Assembly: GCA_964016885.1 (NCBI GenBank)
Contig: OZ024746.1
Location: 55,490,001 to 55,554,000, forward strand
Length of the DNA: 64,000 nt
Reading direction: 5' to 3'
From: Eledone cirrhosa
Taxonomy: Eukaryota
Position 1 is the stretch's first letter; each line of letters opens with the position of its first letter. Under the pieces are notes generated by a model that saw only the letters and a program-made list of their open reading frames with translations, did no database searches and had not been told where the DNA came from. A program made the position numbers and the translations under genes. Positions 53,090-64,000 of the stretch are shown here, piece by piece.

Positions 53090-54550
53090 TAGGGGTTGTG
53101 AGGCAGACATTTCAAATAGGCCCATTATTTTCAAGTAACTCCTTTGTTTATGATACTAGGTACATACTGAACATGCTCTTAGTGACCGGCCTACAAGCGA
53201 CATTTTCAAGAATTGCTACTTTGTAGTCACTTCTATTCAATTTCTAATGAACAATTACATGCTAGAAATTTGCCTTTTAAGTTTGAATGTCCCATTTCTC
53301 TCTCTCATACACACGCACACACACAGACATATTTATATATATATATGTATGTGTGTGTGTGTGTGTGTGTGCATGTGTGTGCGTATGTGTGTGTGTGTGT
53401 GTGACACATAACATTAGAATGATATAATATATTTAATATTATATTTATTGACATTTGTTTTTCCTCGAATGCTTCTTAATTTTAGTAAATTGAACCAACG
53501 TAACCATTAAGTCCTAACTTCACTGAACGAAGCGTGCATTTTAAACTAGTTGAACTTGTATAATTTCTACAATAATTTCTGATATATACCAATGCTTGGC
53601 ATTGATCCGAAAATAATTCAGAATTCCTACAAATGTAAGATGATTAGAAAATCACTGTTGGAATTAAAACATCGTCTTCCATTCTCATGGTAATATGCTA
53701 CAATCTCTTTCTTTTTCTACCCTCTTCCTCTTTCTCTCATCATATGAAAAAATAAAACCAGAACTGTTTAGGTTCATTACGTACAACATCGATTTTAGAT
53801 TATAGCATAACATATTGATTTTATTGCAAACACATAAACGCAGCCATTTTCTTTTTCGAGCCGATGTGTATGCCATCGATTGCGATTGCCTTCGTATTTT
53901 GCTGGTAATATATTATAATTTTAAATAATGAATCAGTAGAACCAAGTATAAAATGATTTGCGGCGTTGGATTCGGTTCCCTGTGCTCTGGGTTCAAACTC
54001 CTCTGAGAGGAGCTTTGCTTTTAATAATTTATTGGGGGATAGAGTGTCATTCAACTACTAGGGATGTGCATCATCACTCATTGTTTTCCGTGTTCATATA
54101 TGTTTATTTTTTTCAGTCTCTCTCTCTCTCACTCTCTCTCTCTCACTCTCTCTCTCTCTCCCTCTTTCTCAGTCTGTATCCCTCTTTCTTTTCGATTCCT
54201 TTTTTTTTTTTCTACGAGAGGGTCAACAAGAAATATCAGCCCTGGAAAAGGAAATCAAAGAAAGAAACCAATCAAGAAGATCAAATCTAGGAGACTAAAT
54301 GTTCATTGTTCTTTCCACGGAAAACCAGCCATCAAAAATTAAAACTAAAACCGTTGTAAATATTTGCGTTAATACGGACATATGCTCATGGTTAATCGGC
54401 CGGGCATAACTAGCAGCGAAATATCGTTCCACCCATTTCTTTCCAAATTAAAAAAAAGAGTAAATATACGTATTCAAGAGGCGCAAATAACTGCATCAGA
54501 AATGGAAGCAACAGAGCAAACCTAGTTTTCCTAATCCTACCTGGCAATTA

Positions 54551-54710
54551 AGCGGCGAATTGGCAGTGTCGTTAGAACGTCGGATAGAATGTGTTATAAT
54601 ATTCGCTCCAGTTCTCTGCTCGCTGAGTTCAAATCCCGCCGAGGTCAAATTTGCCTTTCATCCTTTGGAGGTCGAAAAAAAAGTACCAGTCTAGTACTAG
54701 GGTCGATTCT
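54551..54710 (+). mobile_element. Diverged family A-related SINE
   Basis: gagttcaaatcccgccgaggtc..tttgcctttcatcct core. Confidence 0.75.
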
Positions 54711-55618
54711 TCCTCTATATCTCTTTCTCATTACCTCTCTTTAACTTTCCAGCTTTCTTTGGAAGAAATTTGCTGTACTCAGGCCAGGAGAGAGATGGGC
54801 ACCGGCAGAAGTAAAATGCCTAAGAAACGCCGTATGTCAATACGGTGCCCCTACAACTCGATCAGGAGTCACGAGAGCATACATACATATCTGAAAATTG
54901 GTTCCCTTCTTTCTTCTCTATTCTTCTACCTACCAATGCACAATCATTTACTATTAAGTTACTCCTAACGCAAGATTTATAATGTTAGTTATATAACTAG
55001 ATATTTCCAAATTCTTAGAAATTTCGAAAATCATTGGAAATTAATAGGCAGCTCATTAGAAATATCATAATTAATATATGAAAGTGTATATATATACATT
55101 TAAGTACTTTCATAATTTTATATAAACACTGTTATAGTATGCTCCAAACAACAAAATAATTGCGAAAGAAATTGACACTTTCAAAAGTCATTACACATAT
55201 AATGATCGGTGTCTTTCATTATAAACATGGTAAGAAAATGGCTAACCAAACAGCTAACTTGAAAAACGGAACTTGTAATTATTTCACATACTTGTAATTT
55301 TTTGGAACTGAATGGAGATACAGGCGGATTGTATGTTAATGAGATCTTCGATCGCAGTTTTAGTTTAATTGATTCTTGATAACAATGGCAATTGACAATC
55401 TTCAATACTCGATGTAACCCTAAAAGATATAAGGCTGATGAATACAAACCAGATGTACGCACACACATACACTCACAGGCACGCACAAAGACACACACAC
55501 ACACACATACACATACACATATATATATATATATATATGGTTGACAGCTGAGAGAAATGAGTACTCAATACCGCAGTAGAGTTTTAATATCAATTTTATT
55601 AAAGCTAAATAGTCAGTT

Positions 55619-55665
55619 CTGTTACTCCGGAGTTTCGCCTGTTTATCACAGGGTCATCAGAACAG
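55619..55665 (-). ncRNA. HHR in a Penelope pLTR-like unit (starting ~55539), slightly degenerate
   Basis: CTGTT-CTGATGA-C-CCTGT(gataa)ACAGG-C-GAAAC-TCCGGA-GTA-ACAG with palindromic stem III ACTCCGGAGT, followed by AATAAA. Related relic at 11459-11525. Confidence 0.6.
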
Positions 55666-56316
55666 TTGATCAAATGTGATGATACTGTGATAAACTATTT
55701 AGCCTTTATAAAATGAATATATATATAAGTAAGGAGACAGAAAGCTTTGCTTACGGCTAGCGAATTTGAAAATTAGGTAGTAACATGTGCTTATGCCGAA
55801 TTTGACAACATATAATTGGTCTGTTATTCTGGATTTTATAAAACCATCTGAATGGAAAAAGGGATGAGTATCGACGTCATGGGACACGAACTCTCATCTT
55901 TTGTTTGCCGGACCAATGTTTTACCATTACACCAACATGCCACGCATGTGTACGTCCATTCAATTATAAGCTATTCAAACTTAGCAGGTATACATACATA
56001 CATACATACATACATACATACATGGTGGCTGCCAACTCGTTTTCGAGTATGGCCACTACTTTATATCCATGTAGGAGAACCCCTACCGATGCGCTGAATA
56101 GTGTGACTTTTTAATCCAGCCAGCGACTTGAAAACTCTGGTACAAACACTACACCTGTGACAATTATTGACACATAGTGCTGGGCCCATGGTACCATGTG
56201 ACGACAAGTGCAGAGAGATCTCCAGATATAAAGCAATGCCTGTGCCGGGAAGCTTTTATAGTGAGCAAAGGCATACATACATACATACATACATACATAC
56301 ATACATACATGCATAC

Positions 56317-56410
<94 letters not shown>

Positions 56411-56412
<2 letters not shown>

Positions 56413-56521
56413 GAACGAAATGTGGTAAGGAACCAGATGGACCATAACGCACCAAAGTACACCATAGTCCAGAATTAGCCGTCGAAACGGTTTCAGCTCA
56501 GCCGTCTGGGTCCTACTCGTT

Positions 56522-56525
<4 letters not shown>
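56411..56525. mobile_element. Diverged copy of the 4203/23075 HHR-half family
   Basis: tgtggtaaggaaccag terminus plus gtccagaattagccgtcgaaacgg..gccgtc. Confidence 0.7.
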
Positions 56526-56562
<37 letters not shown>

Positions 56563-56567
<5 letters not shown>

Positions 56568-57556
56568 AATACACAGTATGCTTAATTAAAAGCATTTTGG
56601 AGACCTTATGCTATTGTTTTAGAGTAGTGACAGACTCACTTACTTACTTTAATTTCAGCAAACAGGGGGAGATAAAGCTGACCAGGTTTTGTTTCGCATT
56701 TATTGATGCTTATCAACGCCAGCTACTCCTCCTGTCTGCTGAAATCATGGATGTTTGGTTCTTATATAATTCTAGTAAATAATCAGGAACTGATTATACA
56801 GAACCGTTGCCGGTCAAGCAGAAATTGAAAATTAGAATAGGTGCTCTGAAATAGCTATATAAATATGAATGTATATATAGTGTATTTTGCAATACACTGT
56901 ATGTTTCTAAGACCTTATGCTATTGTTTTAGGGTAGTGACATACTCACTTACTTTAATTTCAGCAAACAGGGGGAGATAAAGCTTACAAGGCCTTGTTTC
57001 GCATTTATTGATGCTTATCCAAGCCAACTACTCCTCCTGTCTGCTGAAATCATGGATGTTTGGTTCTTATAGAATTCTAGTAAATAATCAGGAACTGATT
57101 ATACAGAGCGGTTGCCGGTCAAGCAGAAATTGAAAATTAGAATTGGTGCTCTGAAATAGCTATATAAATATGAATGTATATATAGTGTATTTTGCAATAC
57201 ACTGTATGCTTAATTAAAAGCTATTTCAGAGCACCAATTCTAATTTTCAATTTCTGCTTGACCGGCAACCGCTCTGTATAATCAGTTCCTGATTATTTAC
57301 TAGAATTCTATAAGAACCAAACATCCATGGTTTCAGCAGACAGGAGGAGTAGTTGGCTTTGATAAGCATCAATAAATGCGAAACAAGAGCCTGTCAGCTT
57401 TATCTCCCCCTGTTTGCTGAAATTAAAGTAAGTGAGTCTGTCACTACTTTAAAACAATAGCAAAAGGTCTTCGAAATTCTTTTAATTAAGCATACATTGT
57501 ATTGCAAAATACACTATATATACATTCATATATATATAGCTATTTCAGAGCACCAA

Positions 57557-57563
<7 letters not shown>
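56563..57563. mobile_element. Retrozyme/pLTR-like array: two tandem ~310-bp HHR units (minus) plus one inverted unit (plus), within TA arrays
   Basis: gaccttatgctattg recurs at 56602 and 56911. 57219-57563 is the reverse complement. HHRs at 56675-56720(-), 56980-57025(-) and 57355-57400(+). Confidence 0.85.
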
Positions 57564-57653
<90 letters not shown>

Positions 57654-58919
57654 ATAACAGATTAAAGTTTAAGCAAAGATTCAAAGCAGCGATTCTTTGC
57701 TTCTAACTTTAATCTGTTATTCTAATAAATATTTGCTCTACGGTTCTTATATATTTGATATATATTTATCCTTATCGAGACTTCTTTGGATTTTAGTCTA
57801 CACATTTATTATTATTACTACATATATAGATAGATAGGGAGACACAAATCAGGCTTTGTTTATAAAACACTTAGTGCAAACACCGGTCTTACAAATCTAC
57901 CTCACCCTCATATTTCAACATGATCCAGGATGGGAAGACTATTTCCCAACAATTAGTGCCCTCACCCACACCGGCATATAGGCGCCTTGGTACACAAAGT
58001 ACATATGCACACAGAATCATGACACTACACCAGTATATACACCCCTAGTTTCACACAGCAAATGCGCACAGGCAAGCATGAAACTCTCTAAAACCCATCA
58101 ACATATTCAACAATATTCCACCCAGAGACAGTACCCAGATAGAGACCCAGAACAAGTGCATGCACAAGCCGTTGTGCATACGGCATTTCCGTACACACCC
58201 CATTACACGGCTCCATAGAAATATATATGTATTTGCCTGTAGACTCGCAGCCTCGTATATGTCAATCAAACCGAAACTACACTTCCAAGGCTTAAGCTAT
58301 ACATGTTTACTCCAAAATAGGACAACAGCACGACACCTATCTCATATGTTACCAAAAACAATAGCCAGAACTTCCATTACAAAAATCACAATAATCAATC
58401 TACGCGGGCAACACCCATTTTATACTCAACTTACGTTTTATAATTTGTTGTGGAACTTATTAAACTGTCTGGTTTTTTGTTGCTTTAGGATTAACGTGGC
58501 AACATGACCCTGGTCACTTTATTCATTTCGTCAATATTACATAACTTCTTGTGTTCACTCTGAGCAGAAATTTATTAATTACTCTATCATCGAGTGCTTC
58601 GTGAGAGTCTTCGATGAACAAGGCTAATCTTCCACTTGAACCTGCAACTCCGATTATTCACATTACTATTATATATATATATATATATATATGTACTGTA
58701 TATATATGTATGTGTGTGTTTGTGTGTGTGTGTTTCAAATTAAATCCTTCCGAATACTCATGATGACCTGCACGTGAGTGAATAATTATTAATAATTTAT
58801 AAAAAATTGATTCATTGTTTGCGTCTATATGCAAACTTCTCAGCTGTATATTAACTGTTGTAGAGATTACAGATGCATTTTATTTAAAACCTTGTTTTCC
58901 TTCAATTTAAATATTCATA

Positions 58920-59411
58920 TATCTATTTATCTAGGGCGGGTAAATTCCCGAGATCCATCGACGAGTTCTCTCCTGCAGTCTCTGTCATTCATCATCGCCG
59001 CCATGTCCTGCGTCTGCAAGAGACCTGTGTCTGTCTTTAAGGCATCAACATATATCTACCTCGGCCTCCCTCTTCTAGTGTGTCCACGTAGGGGTTCCCA
59101 CAGGAGAACTGATAGCAGAGTCAATTCTGAATGTCAGTGAGCATGTCCAGCTAACCTCACTTTCATCTGTGTTATTTTCGAGCTGACATTTGGGAGGCTC
59201 CCGTACAGCTCTGCGTTCTTCATCCTCAGTGTATAATGATTAAAGTTCAGAGCCATCCTCAGCATTCTCGTGTAGCACCCATCCATCATCTGAGTGTGGT
59301 TCTTGGTCAGTGTCCAAGTCTCAGATCCGTACAGTAGCACACACTCCAATGTAGCAACGAAGAGACGGATCTTCAGGTCTTTACGAGGGTCCGACCTCCA
59401 CACCGATCTCA
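58920..59411 (-). mobile_element. 5'-truncated diverged copy of the RTE LINE
   Basis: LRSVWRSD..LLYGSETW..DGCYTRMLRMALN..RLAGHAH. Same 3' end and TAGA-type tail as 41321. Confidence 0.92.
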
Positions 59412-59550
59412 AACAAATATACACACAAGTATACACAAAATCAACTTACACGCACGCAAACTCAAACACACACATGCAAACAAGCAAATATATATTTTTT
59501 TTTATTAAAGAAATTTAAGCCTGATAGTATATATAAATATATATATATAC

Positions 59551-60105
59551 GTTATTCCGAGTTGAATCGGAGGTAACCACAGTAAGTAAGCTACTCAATA
59601 AATATCAGACTATACAAGTTTTAATATAGATGAGATTTTACGGGACCAGAACTGTTTCACACTTTAGAAATCATCAGGAACCTGGCTATCCAAACATAAA
59701 TGTGGTATTTATAGGTCTTTTCAGGTGGGAGGAGAGGGTGGGGAGTGGGATGGGTAGAGGTCATTGGTTGATAGAAAAGGGAATTCATTAAAGGCTAATT
59801 CTTTAAAGCTATAATTTATATTTAGAGTGACAAAGGCAGAAATAATTCTATAACCAAGTTCAGAATGGGGTGCCACTCCTTATTTTTAAGTTTCTCTTAA
59901 GCTAACAATGCCTATATTTCAGCTGTCTATAAGATCATTGGGAGTCGGTCATGGTTGATGGATTTAAAGAAAAGGGAAATTCTTTAAAAGCTAATTCTTT
60001 AAAGTTCTACTTAGTGTGACAAAGGCCAAGAGAATTCTATAGACCAGTTCAAAATATTGGGTACCTATTATATCACTATCTTCAAGTTTCTCTTAAGCTA
60101 TATTC
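59551..60105 (-). mobile_element. Penelope pLTR-like relic with degenerate HHR and an internal tandem duplication
   Basis: Minus strand CTGATGA..GAAAC-AGTTCTG-GTC at ~59643-59677. Duplicated block ~59760-59905 / 59948-60100. Confidence 0.55.
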
Positions 60106-60163
60106 CAGGTGTCAACAGACACATTCACAAACGCACACACACACACATACACGCACACACCCT

Positions 60164-60222
<59 letters not shown>

Positions 60223-60241
60223 TACCGTAAACTTTTGGTAG

Positions 60242-60270
<29 letters not shown>

Positions 60271-60272
<2 letters not shown>

Positions 60273-60668
60273 CAAAAAACAAACCAAAGAAGCCTTCAAT
60301 ACATCAAAAGTCTTTATTAGCCAACAATGTTTCGTCCTATTAAGGACTCATCGGGGCAAGTAAAGCTACCAGAAGCACTATCGGCCAATACAAGCGAAAA
60401 ACTCAGAAGAATATGGAGTATACATCTATAGTTTTTGGCTTGTATTGGCCGATAGTGCTTCTTGTAGCTTTACTTGCCCTGATGACTCCTTAATAGGACG
60501 ACACATTGATGGCTAATAAAGACTTTTGATGTATTGAAGGCTTCTTTGGTTTATTTTTTATAATTCTTCGGCTCTGTTTAATTACATTGAGCTATATCTT
60601 ATACTGTCATTTCTATAATATGAAGAGGGTGTTTAACTCCAACACACTCTAGTATTTTAATTCTTATA
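60271..60668. mobile_element. Head-to-head inverted duplication (~133-bp arms) of an HHR-bearing unit
   Basis: 60271-60403 versus 60430-60562. HHR at 60320-60357(-) and 60476-60513(+), followed by AATAAA. Confidence 0.85.
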
Positions 60669-60709
60669 TATATACATATATACACAAATATATATATACA
60701 CACATACAT

Positions 60710-60790
<81 letters not shown>

Positions 60791-61352
60791 CAAATTATAA
60801 ACGTAAACGGAGAAATCGAAAAAGATGAGTGTTGCCGTACATGTGAGTCGAACCCACATCTTTGGTTATCCAGACCACTGTGCTACCATTAAACCAATAC
60901 ACATCCCATCTCCTTCCTTGGAATTAGAAGCTATGAACTTAGCAAGTGAATGATAAACAAGCAAATTATAAACGTAAACATGTAAGTATATTTTTGAAAC
61001 GTTGCGTGAGTTTGAAATTAGAATTTAAAAATTATAAGCTTTCACCGTATTTTAGACTAAAGATATTTTTAGCCTCGGAGAAATGGAAAAAGATGAGTGT
61101 TGCCGTACATGGGAGTCGAACCCACATCTTTGGTTATCCAGACCACTGTGCTACCATTACATCAATACACATCCCATCTCCTTCCATTTGAATTAGAAGC
61201 TATGAACTTAGCAAGTTCACTTGTTCATAGCTTCTAATTCGATTGGAAGGAGATGGGATGTGTATTGGTGTAATGGTAGCACAGTGGTGTGGATAACCAA
61301 AGTTGTGGATTCGACTTCCATGTACGGCAACACTCATCTTTTTCCATTTCCA
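60791..61352. mobile_element. Tandem-plus-inverted array of a tRNA-like unit (cloverleafs at 60833-60903(-), 61101-61171(-), 61259-61329(+))
   Basis: D arm GTGT(aatggta)GCAC, T arm GTGGG(ttcgact)CCCAT, downstream TTTTT. Fold-back centre at ~61208-61222. Confidence 0.8.
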
Positions 61353-61373
61353 TCTTTATACATACATACATAT

Positions 61374-61542
<169 letters not shown>

Positions 61543-61659
61543 CGCACACATATACATACTCATACACACATATATTCATACATATATATATTTATATATA
61601 TATATATATATACACACATATATACAAACACATACAGATATATATATATATACTGATTT

Positions 61660-63052
61660 GATTGGTATTTTTATTTTGGATTATTTAAATCTGAAAATTC
61701 CTCAACTTCACGGTTGAATTTATCGTGAAGATGGCCTTTTTACTGTCTTAAACTGCAATTTAGTTAACCTTAATATTATTAAGAACAATATACGTGACAT
61801 ATTTGAGCACCATAACCTTAAAATTGAATTTGATAACAACGTCAAACTAGCTAACCTCTTGGATATATCCCTTAATCTTGACACTGGGTCTATATTACTC
61901 TTACCATAAAAACAATGAGAATCTAAATTATGTTAATTTTAAATCTAACCACCCCACTAACGTTAAAAATGCTATAGTCAGTAATATTGAAAAAAGAATC
62001 TCAAATCTATCCTCTAATAAAGATATATTCTACGCTAATACCAATTACTATAATAATGCGCTTTCCAAAGTGATAAAATTAAATACAGTAAGGAAACCAA
62101 TCATCGGAGGTCTTATAGTAAAATAGTTAATTATGAACATTCCAATAACTTAAATAAAAGACCTAGATACAAAAATATAATTTGGTATAATGCTCCTTTT
62201 TATCTATCTATTAATAATAATATTGCTAAACTATTCTTTAGGGCCTTAGATAAATGCTTCCCTCCCTCACATATCTATAGTAAAATCTTTGACAAACATA
62301 CAATCAAATTTTCTTTTTCCACCACTTCCAGCATTTCTAACATTATCTCTAAACACAACAATAAAATATTAAATAATAAATTACATCCTTCCAACACCGA
62401 GCGTCATAATAATAGCAACAGTAATCTCGACGTCATTGTTAACTCTAGGCTTGATTCTGTAAATTTAAATACGACGTCAAACGTAACTTCGATGAATGTT
62501 CACAATACCAATCTAAATCAGGAAACTATAGTTCCTATCGTAAATAACTTCTCCAATCCAATTCCTTCTATAAATAATACTAGGTCACTTGTTAATAACT
62601 CTGTTAATTTCTCTAATCGTAATTGTAATTGCCCTGTTAGAAATAAATGTCCTCTTAATAACCAATGTCTTGATAAAAACTTAGTGTATGAATGTAAGGT
62701 TATAACTGATACTAATTATTTTACCTATTTCGGTTCCACTTCCACTTCCTGTAAAGCTAGATTTTATAATAAAAAATCGTATTTTAAATACCAACTTAAA
62801 AGAATCAACACGGCACTCTCGGAACTCATATGGTCCTTAAAAGGCAAAAATATTAACTGTAACATCCCTTGGAGGAAGGTTTGCACCGCCTTTCTTTACA
62901 TGAATTCTTCCTTATCCAGAACATGTAATCTCTGTCTAGCCGAGAAATTTACCATTATATCTAATATCAATTATATAAAAAATAGACGCACGGATTTATT
63001 TTCGCTCTGCTTGCATAAATCCCATAGAACATTCCATAAAGTATACAGCTAA
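61660..63052 (+). pseudogene. Penelope-like element RT C-terminus plus GIY-YIG endonuclease (Naiad-like), decayed and 5'-truncated
   Basis: YREDG (RT DD motif), SNHP, IIWYNAPF. ORF 62492-63052 has CNC..CPL..C, VYECKV..YFGST (GIY-YIG), LSELIWSLK, CNLCLAEK, CLH. Confidence 0.85.
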
Positions 63053-63379
63053 TATCTCAATACCTAATTAGTTTAACATCTTTTTTCTCAAAGGCTTTTA
63101 TATTTTTTACAAATATACCCATCTGTCTACCTTATTTCAGTATTATATATTATATAATACAATTTACTCATTCTATGTCGTTATGATCCCCTATCTTTCT
63201 TCTCTTTTCTTTTTATCATTTCCCTTTCTTCCTTTTATCTTTTTTAATTTCTAATCTCTAATCTGTTCTTTTTCTTCCCTATTATTTTTCAAGTCATATT
63301 ATTACTCACTACAGCGTTATCCATTTTTCCATTTTCCTCATATTATTGGCCATTAAAACTATATTTTTTAAATATATTA

Positions 63380-63738
63380 TAATATTAACATTAGAAGATT
63401 TTCGTACACATATATACTTTTTGACGTTAGATATTTTTTCTTCCTTAAATTTTTCTTTTTTCTTCTCTCCTTCCGTGCTCGTTTTAAACCTACTATTTAC
63501 TTTTACTTTTACATATTACAATACATAAAAACAAACTTAAACTCTAACTAATTCCTTTTTTAATAAATTATAATATTGCCATTAGAAAATGTTCGTAAAC
63601 ATATATACTTTTTAACTTTATATATTTTTCCTCCTTAAACTTTCTTTTTTCTTCTATCCTTCCGTGCTCGTTTTAAACCTATTATTTACGTTTACATATT
63701 ACAATACATAAAAACAAACTTAAACCCTAGCTAATTCC
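63380..63738 (+). repeat. ~185-bp tandem duplication in the Penelope 3' region
   Basis: ccttccgtgctcgttttaaaccta..caatacataaaaacaaacttaaac occurs twice. Confidence 0.85.
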
Positions 63739-64000
63739 TCTAAGTTCATAATTCATGTATTCTTCTCCTTTTTCACATTATATCCTTAACATTATTAATA
63801 TTTAAATTTAAATAATAGATATTAATAAACTCTTTTGTCGCATATATTATTAAACCCTTCAATATACAAACCTTAATTTAATACTATTCTTAACTAATTT
63901 TTCTTCATGCATGAACCTCATTAACTTTTAATTTCATAATCTTTTAAATTAGCTATTATCTTCCAACGGTTTTTTAATTTCTCTCTGTGAGACAATGTTT

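Noticed and set aside
56563-57563. CRISPR array or prokaryotic system
   Set aside because: Long units with no unique spacers, no cas genes, and a eukaryotic repeat context.
60833-61329. Functional tRNA-Ser(GGA) genes
   Set aside because: Acceptor stem mismatches, a pyrimidine at position 37, a short variable arm and copy-specific mutations. Treated as a tRNA-derived repeat.
61715-61717. In-frame TGA just before YREDG as a selenocysteine codon (known in some Naiad PLEs)
   Set aside because: The element is decayed, GGA>TGA is the simpler explanation, and I see no SECIS.

Overview
This is AT-rich, microsatellite-saturated animal DNA, probably cephalopod/Octopus-like (inferred from the SINE families and repeat landscape). 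I see no host gene. The window consists almost entirely of mobile DNA. It holds one apparently intact full-length RTE-clade LINE (1044-aa APE+RT ORF, 11-bp TSD), a decayed Tx1/L1-clade element sitting in a TATC repeat, and R4/Dong, CR1 and Penelope-like (GIY-YIG) relics. It also holds a Chapaev3-type DNA transposon (CAC..GTG termini, TTA TSD) and over a dozen tRNA-derived SINE copies. The most striking signal is a dense set of short non-coding units lodged between (TA)n arrays that carry type I hammerhead ribozyme (HHR) motifs, from many sequence-unrelated families. Many are head-to-head inverted duplications with the ribozyme on both strands and 3' ends pointing out into TA tracts. Notable cases are a ~310-bp tandem-plus-fold-back array with a U3-A8 covariant core, HHRs with very long stem II, palindromes centred inside stem II, and a tRNA-like unit with the same architecture. 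All structures were folded by eye, and none of the ribozymes has been shown to be active.
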